Below, one piece after another: positions 30,277 through 40,725 of a stretch of DNA of 64,000 nt; position 1 is the first letter of the stretch, and every line of letters starts with the position of its first letter. A model generated the notes under the pieces. It did not search any database. It worked only from the letters and a program-made list of their open reading frames with translations, and was not told the DNA's origin. A program made the translations under genes and the position numbers. The stretch is from an uncultured Methanosarcinales archaeon (lineage in GTDB: Archaea > Nanobdellota > Nanobdellia > Woesearchaeales > CAYPCY01), in the NCBI GenBank assembly GCA_964409385.1, contig CAYPCY010000001.1:232546-296545 (forward strand), in the 5' to 3' direction.

Positions 30277-30504
30277 TCAAACCTCAACTTCTAGTTGTTG
30301 AATGTCTAAAAATTTCTTTTTTAATTTAGGAGGTTTTTCTTCCAAATACAAAGAAATAGCTTCTTTTGTTCTTTCTATTAATTTTTGTCGTGTCTTTGCT
30401 TGAGTATGACATCCTGGAAGTTCAACTACTTCTGAAGTATAAAATCCATCATTTCCTTTTTCTATTAAAATATTAAATATTTTTTTCACAATCATATTCA
30501 ACAA
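30277..30504 (-). CDS. hicB: HicB antitoxin
   Basis: ELPGCHTQA-x-T...KEAI-x-LYLE. Confidence 0.9.
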   Translation of the reverse strand: MLNMIVKKIFNILIEKGNDGFYTSEVVELPGCHTQAKTRQKLIERTKEAISLYLEEKPPKLKKKFLDIQQLEVEV

Positions 30505-30611
30505 CTCTTTTCTTATATAATTTGCTTTTTTTAATTAATTAACCCCAAAAAAAGACATTAATTTTCGATAAATTCAAAACTTATTTATATTAAGAATCAT
30601 AAATTCACAAC

Positions 30612-31286
30612 ATGAAAGAAAAAGGATTTCTAATCACTGTTTTCGCATTAGCATTCTTAGTTTCTTTCAGAAAATGGGGAGGTTTAGTTTTTGATCCTGT
30701 TGAAGGAATAATTAATTTCATTCTCGCAATAATAATAATTTGGGTTGGTTTAAGCTTAAAACTTCATTTTCAAAAGAAATATTCAACAAGGCTAGGATAC
30801 GAATTCAAGTATGACTTTTCTCCTTATGGACTATTAGCAGGTGTTATTCTTGCAATTCCCACATTTGGTTGGTTTTTACTACTTCAACCTGGAACTTTTG
30901 ATTTGACATTAAAGAAAAGACATAAAACAGGAAGACTTTACAAAGGAGTATTATTCTTGGACATGTTAAAAACTTCATTGGTTGGAAGTCTTGCACTATT
31001 AGTTTTAGCAATATGTTTCAAAATACTTCATTCACTAACTCAAGAACCTTTACTTCAATACGGACTATTCATTTCATTAGCATTACTTGTTTATTCTTTA
31101 CTACCACTCCCAAAAAATGATGGTATTCATATTTTCTTCAAATCAAGACTTGCATTCCTAGCAATATTTCTTTTCTTCACGGCATTTAGCATCTCCTTCT
31201 ATTTTCTAAACCTACTACAATCTTTAATTCTTGCAATAATAGTTTCTATAGGATTATACTTTCAACTATCTAAATCACTCAAGTGA
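30612..31286 (+). CDS. Multi-TM protein resembling peptidase M50 but lacking HExxH
   Basis: LLPLPKNDG matches the N-x-x-P-x-x-x-x-DG region; the HExxH position reads LKLHFQK. Confidence 0.55.
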   Translation: MKEKGFLITVFALAFLVSFRKWGGLVFDPVEGIINFILAIIIIWVGLSLKLHFQKKYSTRLGYEFKYDFSPYGLLAGVILAIPTFGWFLLLQPGTFDLTLKKRHKTGRLYKGVLFLDMLKTSLVGSLALLVLAICFKILHSLTQEPLLQYGLFISLALLVYSLLPLPKNDGIHIFFKSRLAFLAIFLFFTAFSISFYFLNLLQSLILAIIVSIGLYFQLSKSLK

Positions 31287-31748
31287 CTGATATAATTTCA
31301 CAAAGAATTCTTCAGAAAAATTCATTCCAGTATCACTTAATAATTCTGCAAGTTCCTGACCTGGAACATCCTCTTCTTTTTTTGTTAACTTAAACAGTTG
31401 TTTCATTAAATCAGAATATACAAAACCATCCCTTACTTGCACAACACAATTATTACCTTTAAACAAAACATTCCCAGATTTATAATCTAAACAAACATTA
31501 ATAGGAAGATCTAAAGAATCAAAGAATTCTCTTAATAATCCTGAATAAGTTTCATTATTAAACTCTTCAAAAGTATTTTCTGTTTCAAAAACCCTACCTA
31601 AATATTTCTTTACCTTCTGTCTAGAACCTTTCTTAGTATATTTACTTTCTACAAGATACCCATAAATATTTTTTTTTACTTTCTTCTTTCTAACAAACAT
31701 ATTACTTGTGAAAACAATGAATTTAATATATTTTTTGTTAAAAATCAT
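31275..31748 (-). CDS. Hypothetical protein with basic N-terminal beta domain
   Basis: MFVRKKKVK...YLVES...RQKVKKYLGR; likely start at the second Met. Confidence 0.65.
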   Translation of the reverse strand: MIFNKKYIKFIVFTSNMFVRKKKVKKNIYGYLVESKYTKKGSRQKVKKYLGRVFETENTFEEFNNETYSGLLREFFDSLDLPINVCLDYKSGNVLFKGNNCVVQVRDGFVYSDLMKQLFKLTKKEEDVPGQELAELLSDTGMNFSEEFFVKLYQSLE

Positions 31749-31855
31749 CGTCGCCCCACCGACGAGAAATGCAAAAGATTTAAATACTACTAAACCATAT
31801 AAAAAGCAAGTCTTATTCGGGGGGATAAGAAAAATAAATTGTTGAGGTGGTCTGA

Positions 31856-32089
31856 ATGGCCGAGAAAGTTGGAAAAGCAGGAGTAAAAAGAGAAAATGGA
31901 TGGTTATATTTCGTTGATAAAGGCGGCAATATAGCTAGAGTCAAGATGTCCAGAGGCGGCGGTAAAAAAGGAAGGCAAAAACAACAAGTTGTTGCTAAGA
32001 CTGGAGTCAAGAAAGCAAAAGGATTCTTATACTTTGTTGACAAAGCTGGAGACGTCTCAAGAGCCAAAATGGCTAGAGGCGGAAAATAA
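31856..32089 (+). CDS. Small basic internally duplicated protein (nucleic-acid-binding candidate)
   Basis: Two copies of V-x-K-x-GVK-x-x-x-G-x-LYFVDK-x-G-x-x-x-R-x-KM-x-RGG; own promoter, SD and terminator. Confidence 0.85.
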   Translation: MAEKVGKAGVKRENGWLYFVDKGGNIARVKMSRGGGKKGRQKQQVVAKTGVKKAKGFLYFVDKAGDVSRAKMARGGK

Positions 32090-32090
32090 A

Positions 32091-32115
32091 AGGAATGTTT
32101 TTACATTCCTTCTTT
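32091..32115 (+). terminator. Hairpin terminator
   Basis: AGGAATGT-tttt-ACATTCCT followed by TCTTT. Confidence 0.65.
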
Positions 32116-32152
32116 CAGCAACTTTATAAAAATTCAAGCCTTTTCTTAATTA

Positions 32153-34291
32153 ATGTTAAAACTTAAACCTAGAATATACCAACAAGTTATTTTTAACACT
32201 GCCTTAACAAATAATTCATTAGTTGTCCTTCCAACAGGGCTTGGAAAGACCGCAATTGCATTAATGCTAGCAATAAAAAGACTAGATTCATATCCAAACT
32301 CCAAAATTTTAATCCTTGCTCCCACAAAACCACTTTGTGAACAGCACAAGAACACATTTGAAGAAAATATTGGTGAAACACTATTACTTACTGGATCCAT
32401 ACTTCCAGAAAAAAGAAAAAATCTTTGGAATACTGCAAAAATAATAATTTCAACACCACAAACTGTTGAAAATGATCTAATAAGTTCAAGAATTAATTTA
32501 GAAGATGTATCCTTAATTGTTTTTGACGAAGCGCACAGAGCTACAGGAGATTATTCATACGTTTTTATCTCATCACAATACCAAAAAACTGCAAAGTATG
32601 AAAGAATACTAGCATTAACCGCATCTCCAGGTTCAGATTTAGAAATTATTAAGGATGTTATGCACAATCTAAACATAGCAAAGATAGAAGTTAGAACTTT
32701 TGAAGATCCTGACGTGAAAGAACACACTTTCAATACTGAACTTAAATGGGTCGAAGTTGAACTTCCTGAAGAATTTAATAAAGTAAAAATAAAATTTGAA
32801 AATTGTTTGAAAACAAGACTTCTAAAGTTAAAACAAATGAAATTCATAACATCCCTAAGCATAAGTAAAAAATTATTAATCTCACTACAAGCAGAATTAA
32901 ATAAGAACTTCGCAATAGAAAAAGATTATGCCTTCCTAAAAGGAATAAGTATTATTGCTGAAGCAATGAAATTACAACATGCTTTAGAACTTTTAGAAAC
33001 TCAAGGAATAACACCCTTAAAAAAATATCTAGACAAGCTTAAAGAACAATCCATAAAAACTAAAGTTAAAGCAGTAAAAAACTTGTTTTTAGACCCTGAA
33101 TTTAAAGCTGCAATTTTCTTAGCTGAAGACTTATTCGAAAGGGGTATTGAACATCCTAAACTAGACAAAGTTAAAGAATTAGCCAAAACATTCAATAGTA
33201 TGATACTCTTCACACAATTCAGGAGTTCAGCATTAAAAATTCAAGAAGTTCTTAATTCAATAAATGTGACAAATAAGATTTTTGTTGGTCAAGCAAAAAA
33301 GGAAAAGATTGGACTTACACAAAAAGAACAAAAACAAATTATTGAAGAGTTCAGAAATAAAGAATTTAAAGTTTTAATATCAACCTCTGTTGGTGAAGAA
33401 GGACTAGACATTCCAAGCGTTGACACAGTATTATTTTATGAGCCAATACCCTCAGCAATAAGACATATTCAAAGAAAAGGAAGAACAGGAAGACATAAGG
33501 AAGGAAATGTTTCTGTATTAGTTGCTAAAAATACAAGAGATGAAATGTATAGGTGGAGTGCATTCCATAAAGAAAAAAGAATGTATAGAAACCTAAAAAC
33601 ATTGAAAGAACAAGTAACAAGACAAGTAAAACTTGCAAAATTCGAGAATTCAGGCATTAAGATTATAGTTGATCATAGAGAAAGAAGTTCTGGTATTGTC
33701 AAAAATTTAATTAATTTAGGTGCAACTCTAGATTTGAAAGCGTTAGAAGTAGGAGATTACTTGCTTTCAGAAAATGTAGCTGTAGAATTCAAGACAAAAC
33801 AAGATTTTGTAGATTCAATAATTGATGGAAGATTATTAACACAATTAAGAAGTCTTAGAAAATATTTAAAACCATTAATAATAATTCAAGGAGATGAAGA
33901 TATTTACAGCATTAGAAAAATTCATCCTAATGCAATCAGAGGAATGTTATCATACATAACTATAACTCTAAGAATCCCAATATTATATTCTCAAAATGTT
34001 AATGATACTGCAGAACTCCTAAATACTATCGCAAAAAGAGAACAAGAATCTAAAAAAGTTGAATTTGTTTATCATACTGCCAAACCATTAAGTTTAGAAG
34101 AACAACAAGAGTATGTTGTTTCAGCATTTCCAGGGATTGGAACTACTCTATCCAAACCATTACTAAAAGAATTCAAATCAATAAAAAACATTATCAACGC
34201 ACCTTTAGAAGAATTAATGAAGATAGACCTTATCGGAAAGAAAAAAGCCGAAACTTTAAGGGAGATTTTCGACTCTTTTTATGACAAATAA
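32153..34291 (+). CDS. hef: Hef helicase/nuclease (DEAH + ERCC4 + HhH)
   Basis: PTGLGKT, DEAH, TASPG, QRKGRTGR, VDHRE, GDY, EFKT, HhH tail. Confidence 0.95.
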   Translation: MLKLKPRIYQQVIFNTALTNNSLVVLPTGLGKTAIALMLAIKRLDSYPNSKILILAPTKPLCEQHKNTFEENIGETLLLTGSILPEKRKNLWNTAKIIISTPQTVENDLISSRINLEDVSLIVFDEAHRATGDYSYVFISSQYQKTAKYERILALTASPGSDLEIIKDVMHNLNIAKIEVRTFEDPDVKEHTFNTELKWVEVELPEEFNKVKIKFENCLKTRLLKLKQMKFITSLSISKKLLISLQAELNKNFAIEKDYAFLKGISIIAEAMKLQHALELLETQGITPLKKYLDKLKEQSIKTKVKAVKNLFLDPEFKAAIFLAEDLFERGIEHPKLDKVKELAKTFNSMILFTQFRSSALKIQEVLNSINVTNKIFVGQAKKEKIGLTQKEQKQIIEEFRNKEFKVLISTSVGEEGLDIPSVDTVLFYEPIPSAIRHIQRKGRTGRHKEGNVSVLVAKNTRDEMYRWSAFHKEKRMYRNLKTLKEQVTRQVKLAKFENSGIKIIVDHRERSSGIVKNLINLGATLDLKALEVGDYLLSENVAVEFKTKQDFVDSIIDGRLLTQLRSLRKYLKPLIIIQGDEDIYSIRKIHPNAIRGMLSYITITLRIPILYSQNVNDTAELLNTIAKREQESKKVEFVYHTAKPLSLEEQQEYVVSAFPGIGTTLSKPLLKEFKSIKNIINAPLEELMKIDLIGKKKAETLREIFDSFYDK

Positions 34292-34318
34292 TTTAAATAA
34301 GTAAGTCAAACAAATATC

Positions 34319-34891
34319 ATGACTAAAGAAATTCTTGCAAAAATAACTTTCCAAATTCAAGGAAAGCCAAAAAAACATGTTGAGGAAACTTTAAAGAATT
34401 ACATAGATAAAGTAGGTAATGAAGAAGATATTGAGATAAAAAAGTCTCATTTTGAAAAAGCGGAAAAACAAGAAAATTTTTGGAGTGCCTTTGCAGAAGT
34501 TAACGTTGCAGTAACAAATTTAGAAAAATTTACTTGGTTATGCACTAATTTCATGCCTGCAAGTATTGAAATATTAGAACCTTCAAGTTTTGAATTTAAA
34601 AATAGTGAATTACAAAATTGGTTGAATGATTTCCTAGCAAGACTTCATCAAGTTGATGCCATTGCTAAACAAACTCATAATTTGAACAAGGTTCTCAACA
34701 ATAATATTAATACAATAATCAAAAATTTTATTCTTGTATTAATGAAAGGTAAAATTTCAGATCCTGAAAAACTCGCTAAATTAATAGGAATTCCATTAGC
34801 TGTTACTAATAAATTCTTAGATTTAATGGTCAAAGAAAAAGTTCTTAAGAAAAATAAAGAGGAGTATGAACTTGTTAAAAAACAAGGTTGA
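34319..34891 (+). CDS. Hypothetical protein with C-terminal winged helix
   Basis: GKPKKHVE...FMPASIEILEP...C-terminal HTH; overlaps scpB. Confidence 0.7.
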   Translation: MTKEILAKITFQIQGKPKKHVEETLKNYIDKVGNEEDIEIKKSHFEKAEKQENFWSAFAEVNVAVTNLEKFTWLCTNFMPASIEILEPSSFEFKNSELQNWLNDFLARLHQVDAIAKQTHNLNKVLNNNINTIIKNFILVLMKGKISDPEKLAKLIGIPLAVTNKFLDLMVKEKVLKKNKEEYELVKKQG

Positions 34892-35570
34892 AGCAATTCT
34901 TTACGGAATTGGCGGGAAAGTTTCTTTAGATAATATTGCAAAACTTTGCAGATCTTCAGAATCTGAAGTTTTAGAAAGTTTGAAAGAATTACAAAAAGAA
35001 TATTCTGAAAGAGAAACAGCATTATTAATTATTCAAGATAATAAAGATTGGAAATTAATATCTAAAGAACAATATTCTTCAATAATTAGAAGAATAGTTT
35101 CTGAAGTTGAACTTCCAAGATCAATTATGGAAACTCTTGCTATAATAGCATGGAAACAACCAGTTTTACAATCAGAAGTTATTAAGATAAGATCAGCATC
35201 TGCTTATGAACATGTTTCTCAATTAGACAAACTCGGTTTTTTAACAAAAGAAAATTTTGGAAGGAGCTACTTATTAAAAACAACTGATAAATTTGCCAAT
35301 TATTTCGAGTTGGAAGGCGGAAAGGATCTTAGAAAATTATTAGAACAAACAAGAGAAAAACACGAGAAGAAACTTAAAAGATTGCAAATAAGACAAGAAA
35401 AACTTCATGAAGTTAAGGAAACTTACGATCCTGTCAGACATGAAGAATTTGATCATAAAGAACAACTTGAAGAAATTGAAAGCAAACTTTCTGAATCTAG
35501 TGAAAGAATAAGTACAGAATCTGAACTCGTAAAAAATTTAAAACAAGATAATACTGAAGAAGCAGAATGA
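34866..35570 (+). CDS. scpB: SMC-Scp complex subunit ScpB
   Basis: VEAIL, ETLAIIAWKQP-x-x-QSE-x-x-x-IR, TTDKFANYF. Confidence 0.92.
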   Translation: MNLLKNKVEAILYGIGGKVSLDNIAKLCRSSESEVLESLKELQKEYSERETALLIIQDNKDWKLISKEQYSSIIRRIVSEVELPRSIMETLAIIAWKQPVLQSEVIKIRSASAYEHVSQLDKLGFLTKENFGRSYLLKTTDKFANYFELEGGKDLRKLLEQTREKHEKKLKRLQIRQEKLHEVKETYDPVRHEEFDHKEQLEEIESKLSESSERISTESELVKNLKQDNTEEAE

Positions 35571-35722
35571 TACTAAAATGTCCTAAATGTAATAATTCAA
35601 TGAAGTATTATCCTATTAAAAAACAAGAAATTACTTTAAAAAAGAAAAAATGTGTTTATTGTAACAAGACATTTTCAATACATAAAAATCCTACTGAGAG
35701 TAATATCCTAAGTCTTGACTAA
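35567..35722 (+). CDS. 51-aa zinc-ribbon microprotein
   Basis: MILKCPKC...KKKCVYCNKTF; ATGA overlap with scpB; not in ORF track. Confidence 0.75.
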   Translation: MILKCPKCNNSMKYYPIKKQEITLKKKKCVYCNKTFSIHKNPTESNILSLD

Positions 35723-36539
35723 ATCCTGTTTTCTTAAAACACCTATCATAAAAGTCACACTGTCCAGTCCTCCACTTACATAAAGGACCTGGATTTTTAG
35801 GATAATCTTGTTTTTCTTGAGATTTTGTCTTCATATGAATCATTTCAATCTCTACTTTCGCAAAGTCTATTAATTCCTGAGTAACTTCAATTTCAATATC
35901 ATTATGTTTTAAGAAAAAAACGCTTGCTTTATGAGGAATTTTACCATGTTCTTCAAGATACATTAATGAGTATATTGCAAGTTGTAATTTATAATCTTCA
36001 GTTATTTTTGCTCTCTTTGAAGTTTTATAATCTGTAATTTTTATAATTCCATCTTTTTCCTCTATAACATCCACAAAACCACGAACGCCATACTTTTCAG
36101 ATTCATACTTTCTTTCTCGGATAGGTGTTAAGTTTTGAAAAGTTAAATCCAAATCCTTAGTTTTCAACAGTTCTTCTTCAAACCTTTTCTGAAAGTGATT
36201 AGTCCAGTTTAAGAGCATTTTCTTAGTATCTTGATAATAATTCATTAATTCTCCTTCTTGAAGCGGTAATTCACTTAATTTTACAGATTTCGCATCCCAA
36301 TGTTTATCTAATAATTCAAGAACTTTCTTATGAAAACATAAATGCCAATTTTTCAAATCAAATATTTTATCAAAAAAATCTTCTAGTACTGAATGAGCTA
36401 TATTTCCTCTAATTAAATGAATACTTGGAAATGTTGGATATTTCTTAATATAAGAATAATAATATCTTCTTGGACATTGTTTAAAAGTATTTATTGAAGA
36501 AGGACTTTGAATTCTTGCCGTTGTTATATACCTTTGCAT
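35691..36539 (-). CDS. PD-(D/E)XK nuclease, RecB/Cas4-like with Fe-S cysteines
   Basis: SPSS...QCPR, G-x-x-x-H, RGFVD, DYKT, QLAIY, C-terminal C...C...C. Confidence 0.9.
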   Translation of the reverse strand: MQRYITTARIQSPSSINTFKQCPRRYYYSYIKKYPTFPSIHLIRGNIAHSVLEDFFDKIFDLKNWHLCFHKKVLELLDKHWDAKSVKLSELPLQEGELMNYYQDTKKMLLNWTNHFQKRFEEELLKTKDLDLTFQNLTPIRERKYESEKYGVRGFVDVIEEKDGIIKITDYKTSKRAKITEDYKLQLAIYSLMYLEEHGKIPHKASVFFLKHNDIEIEVTQELIDFAKVEIEMIHMKTKSQEKQDYPKNPGPLCKWRTGQCDFYDRCFKKTGFSQDLGYYSQ

Positions 36540-36575
36540 AAATAAAAGAAATAAGAACGAACTATATTAAGTTTT

Positions 36576-36989
36576 CTAAGCTCCACCCAAAAATGCGAAC
36601 ATTGAACCCATAACAACTATTAAAAAAATAAATGCTAAAACACTAATTACTAATCCAGCAATTGCCAAACCCTTACCTTTTAATGCAGGATTCTTCTTTA
36701 TTTGAACTAAAGCAATAATTCCGAATACTAATCCTAACGGCCAGAATAAAAATGCAAAAATTAATGATAATATAGCCCAAATACAATATTTTCCACCTTC
36801 CTGAGCTGGAGATGCGACAGGTTCAACATCTGGTTGAACACTTTCAGGCTGTTCTGCTACCGGTTCAGGCTGTTCAGATACTGCAGCTTGCGCGGTAGCT
36901 TCTTCTACAGGCGCTTCATCTAATTTAGGAACTTCCTCTACAGGTTGTTCCACCAAAGGTTCAGGCTGTTCAGTTGTTTCTTCAGGCAT
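36576..36989 (-). CDS. DUF4190 membrane protein with acidic Pro-rich N-terminus
   Basis: AILSLI...GLVFGIIALVQIKK...GKGLAIAGLVIS. Confidence 0.85.
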   Translation of the reverse strand: MPEETTEQPEPLVEQPVEEVPKLDEAPVEEATAQAAVSEQPEPVAEQPESVQPDVEPVASPAQEGGKYCIWAILSLIFAFLFWPLGLVFGIIALVQIKKNPALKGKGLAIAGLVISVLAFIFLIVVMGSMFAFLGGA

Positions 36990-37051
36990 ACTCTTAATCC
37001 AAACTTAAAATATATAAATTTTTCCTTAAAAAAAAACTCTTAAAAACAAAA

Positions 37052-37150
37052 AATGTTTTCGAAACATTGAAATGCAAACCATTTCGGGCTTTGTTTTTCT
37101 AAAGGAAAAACAAAAAGTTAAAGAATTTTATCTCATAAAATTATTAACTT
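37052..37150. repeat. Four back-to-back inverted repeats upstream of gyrA
   Basis: Stems at 37052-37068, 37069-37085, 37090-37114 and 37115-37150. Confidence 0.75.
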
Positions 37151-37190
37151 CAAAAATCTACAAAATAGTTATTCTGTAATCTTTGATTTT

Positions 37191-37205
37191 CGAAAAGTTT
37201 ATAAA
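37191..37205 (+). promoter_or_regulatory. BRE-TATA promoter of gyrA
   Basis: CGAAAAG-TTTATAAA. Confidence 0.6.
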
Positions 37206-37256
37206 ACAAATTTCCTTCTTTTTTTATACAAAAACAGTGTTTTTTACGTGATTTAA

Positions 37257-39671
37257 ATGAGCAATAATAATAGCAATATAATTCCTCAAATTATTGAGGA
37301 TGAAATGAAGGATTCTTACCTCAGTTATGCAATGTCTGTAATAGTTGGCAGAGCATTACCAGATGTTAGAGATGGACTAAAACCTGTTCACAGAAGAATA
37401 TTATATGCCATGAAAGATATGGGCATGTTTCACAACAGACCTTTTAAGAAATCTGCAAGGATTGTTGGGGAAGTTCTTGGAAAATACCATCCTCACGGAG
37501 ACACTGCAGTTTACGATTCGCTAGTTAGAATGGCTCAAGATTTTTCTATGAGGACTCCTTTAATTAATGGCCAAGGAAATTGGGGTTCTCAAGATGGAGA
37601 TAATGCTGCTGCAATGAGATATACTGAAGCTAAACTTAATAAAATTGCAGAAGAACTTCTTGAAGATATTGATAAGGATACTGTTAATTTTAGTGATAAT
37701 TTTGATGGTTCGTTAAAAGAACCGATTTTATTACCTTCTAAATTTCCTAATTTACTAGTTAATGGATCTTCAGGAATTGCTGTTGGAATGGCAACTAATA
37801 TACCCCCTCATAATCTTGGAGAAGTTTGTTCTGCAGTTAAAGCGTTAATTGATTCTCCTGAATTGGAAGTTTCTGAACTTATGGAATATATTCAAGCGCC
37901 TGATTTTCCTACTGGAGGATTAATTTGTGGAAAACACGGTATTTTTGAAGCTTACAAAACAGGAAAAGGGAAGGTTAAAATGAGGGCTGTTGCAGAATTT
38001 GAAGAAAAAAAGAATAAAACAGCAATTATAATTTCTGAAATTCCATTCATGGTAAACAAATCAGTTCTTGTTGAACAAATTGCTAATCTTGTAAGAGATA
38101 AAAAACTTGAAGGAATTTCTGATTTGAGAGATGAATCTGACAGGGATGGAATGAGAATAGTTATTGAATTAAAAAATAATGCAACTCCTGATTTAGTTCT
38201 TAACAATCTTTACAAGCAAACAAGACTTGAAGAAACTTTTGGAATGAACATGCTTGCATTAATTGATAATAAACCAAAACGATTTTCATTAAATGAAATG
38301 CTTTCAGAATTTATAACTCATAGAGTTGTTGTTATTAAAAAAAGAACCAAATTCGATCTTAGAAAGGCAGAAGAAAGAAAACATATTCTTGAAGGTTTAC
38401 TTGTCGCATTAAATAATTCTGATGAAGTTGTTAAACTAATTAAAAAAAGTAAATCTGCTAAAGAAGCTAAAGACGTGTTAATTTCAAAATTAAATATTAC
38501 TCCTATTCAATCACAAGCAATTTTGGATATGAAACTTCAAAAACTTGCAGCTCTTGAAAAACAAGCAATCGTTGATGAAGACAAAAAACTTTCTGAACTA
38601 ATAATAAAATTTAATGAGATTCTTTCTAACAAACAAAATCTTCTTGAAATTTTAAAGAAAGAAATGGATTTTTTAATTGAAAAATATTCTGATGATAGAC
38701 GAAGTCAAATTATTGATGCTATTGAAGATTTCGAAATTGAAGATTTAATTGAACCTGAAGATGTTGTTATAACTATTAGTAATTCAGGATATGTAAAAAG
38801 AACAAGTCTTGAAAATTACAAGAGCCAAAGACGAGGTGGAAAAGGCATAATAAGTTCTAAAACTAAAGAAGAAGATTTTACTGAATCTGTCTTTATCGCT
38901 AATACTCATTCATTCGTGTTATTCTTTACTGATTCTGGAAAGGTTCATTGGCTAAAAGTCTACAAAATTCCTGAAGCAGGAAGAACTAGTAAAGGAAAAC
39001 CAATAATTAATTTATTAGATACTGATGATAAAATAAGAGGAGTTCTTCCAATCAGAGAATTTAAGGATGATGAATACATTATTTTATCAACAAAAAATGG
39101 CATTGTTAAAAAAACTTCTTCAATGGCATACTCAAAACCCAGACGTGGAGGAATTATAGCATTAGGACTTAAAGAAAATGATCATTTAATTAAGGCAGAA
39201 CTTGTAAAGAAAGATCAAGAAGTTATTATCGCCTCTAAAAAAGGTCAAGCAGTAAGATTTAATGAGTCTAAAGTTAGAGCAATGGGAAGAACAGCAACAG
39301 GAGTTATAGGAATTAGATTAAATAAAGGAGATGAAGTTATCGGTATGGTAATTGCTAATGACGATAAAAAATTATTAACTATTACTGAAAATGGGTTTGG
39401 TAAAAAAACCACAGTTTCAGATTATCGTCTAACTAATCGTGGGGGTAAAGGAGTTATTAATATTAAGACCTCCGAAAGAAATGGTAATGTTGTTAGTGTC
39501 AAAATTGTTGAAGATTCTGATGATTTAGTTATTGTTAGTAAAAACGGAATTCTAATTAGAACAAAAGCTTCAGAAATTTCAACTATTGGAAGAAATACAC
39601 AAGGTGTTAGACTTATGAGACTTTCCAAAGGTGATAAAGTTATTAGTTCTACACTTGTTAAAGATGAATAA
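37257..39671 (+). CDS. gyrA: DNA gyrase subunit A
   Basis: [29 protein letters not shown], GyrA box QRRGGKG, beta-pinwheel repeats. Confidence 0.97.
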   Translation: MSNNNSNIIPQIIEDEMKDSYLSYAMSVIVGRALPDVRDGLKPVHRRILYAMKDMGMFHNRPFKKSARIVGEVLGKYHPHGDTAVYDSLVRMAQDFSMRTPLINGQGNWGSQDGDNAAAMRYTEAKLNKIAEELLEDIDKDTVNFSDNFDGSLKEPILLPSKFPNLLVNGSSGIAVGMATNIPPHNLGEVCSAVKALIDSPELEVSELMEYIQAPDFPTGGLICGKHGIFEAYKTGKGKVKMRAVAEFEEKKNKTAIIISEIPFMVNKSVLVEQIANLVRDKKLEGISDLRDESDRDGMRIVIELKNNATPDLVLNNLYKQTRLEETFGMNMLALIDNKPKRFSLNEMLSEFITHRVVVIKKRTKFDLRKAEERKHILEGLLVALNNSDEVVKLIKKSKSAKEAKDVLISKLNITPIQSQAILDMKLQKLAALEKQAIVDEDKKLSELIIKFNEILSNKQNLLEILKKEMDFLIEKYSDDRRSQIIDAIEDFEIEDLIEPEDVVITISNSGYVKRTSLENYKSQRRGGKGIISSKTKEEDFTESVFIANTHSFVLFFTDSGKVHWLKVYKIPEAGRTSKGKPIINLLDTDDKIRGVLPIREFKDDEYIILSTKNGIVKKTSSMAYSKPRRGGIIALGLKENDHLIKAELVKKDQEVIIASKKGQAVRFNESKVRAMGRTATGVIGIRLNKGDEVIGMVIANDDKKLLTITENGFGKKTTVSDYRLTNRGGKGVINIKTSERNGNVVSVKIVEDSDDLVIVSKNGILIRTKASEISTIGRNTQGVRLMRLSKGDKVISSTLVKDE

Positions 39672-40725
39672 ATTTTTTGTGACTTTTAATAAGGGTCTTT
39701 TGGATGTGTGTATTAATGAACTAAACAATTTTTCTATTAAGCCATTAAAAAAACTGGAAACTTCTATAATTTTTCAAACTAGTTTAGAAAAAGCAGCATT
39801 TTTATCTTTTAATTTAAAAAGTATTAATAGACTAGCATTATTAATTTCAGAATCAAACTTTTCTTCACTTTCTGATTTTAAAAAATTGAAGGTTAAAATT
39901 CCTGAGAAATTTGAAAATTTTTCTTTCAGGGTTTCTTGCGAAAGAATAGGTAATCAAAATTTTAAATCTTTAGATGTTGAAAAAATTGTTGGGGAAGTAT
40001 TAACTAAAAAAATTAGTGCAAAGGCTGATATGACTAATTATGAAGCAAATTATTTCTTATTTATTTATGAAAATAGTTCATTATTAGGTATTGATTTTTC
40101 AGGAGACAGTTCATTAAGAGAATATAAAATATTCACTAATAGGAATAGTTTGAAAGGTCCTGTGGCTTTTGCCACATGCTCCATTTCTGGTTTTAAAAAA
40201 AATAGAAATTTATTGAATGTAGAAGGTGGCTCTGGAGAAATTGCTATTGAAGCTTCATTATGGAGTTCTGGAAAATCTCCAAGACATTATCAAGAATTAC
40301 CTTATAAAAAATTTGGTCTAAAAGATAAAAATCCTGTTTCTTTTCCTTCTCAAATTTATTATGTTGATTCTCTTCTTGCTAATGTAAAATCATGCCAAAA
40401 AAATGCTAAAATTGCAGGAATTAAACTTATAGCATCTAAAATTGACATTTCTTGGTTGGATGTTAAGTTTGACAAAGAATTTTTTGATTGTATAATTTGG
40501 AATTGTAGAAAATCAGAGGTTCTTCATAAAAATTTAGCTAAGGATTTTGAAGAGTTTTTTTATCAAAGTGATTTCATTTTAAAAAAGAAAGGGAAAATTT
40601 TAATAATTAATAGATCTAAAGATATTGTTATAGAATCTGCTAAGAAAAAAAATTTCAACTTAGATTCAGAATTTAAGATTAATTCAGGAAAACAAGAAGA
40701 TTACTTTTTAATTTTCAAAAAATGA
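39664..40725 (+). CDS. THUMP-domain RNA methyltransferase-like protein (Trm14/RlmL-like), divergent
   Basis: [21 protein letters not shown]...[17 protein letters not shown] 39664 overlaps gyrA end (ORF track starts 39631). Confidence 0.8.
   Translation: MNKFFVTFNKGLLDVCINELNNFSIKPLKKLETSIIFQTSLEKAAFLSFNLKSINRLALLISESNFSSLSDFKKLKVKIPEKFENFSFRVSCERIGNQNFKSLDVEKIVGEVLTKKISAKADMTNYEANYFLFIYENSSLLGIDFSGDSSLREYKIFTNRNSLKGPVAFATCSISGFKKNRNLLNVEGGSGEIAIEASLWSSGKSPRHYQELPYKKFGLKDKNPVSFPSQIYYVDSLLANVKSCQKNAKIAGIKLIASKIDISWLDVKFDKEFFDCIIWNCRKSEVLHKNLAKDFEEFFYQSDFILKKKGKILIINRSKDIVIESAKKKNFNLDSEFKINSGKQEDYFLIFKK

Noticed and set aside
31275..31748. IS1634-like transposase
   Set aside because: Only the basic N-terminus is similar; too short, with no DDE domain or terminal repeats
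35691..36539. Cas4-like nuclease as part of a CRISPR-Cas system
   Set aside because: No repeat-spacer array or other cas genes seen in the window; best read as a solo RecB-family nuclease
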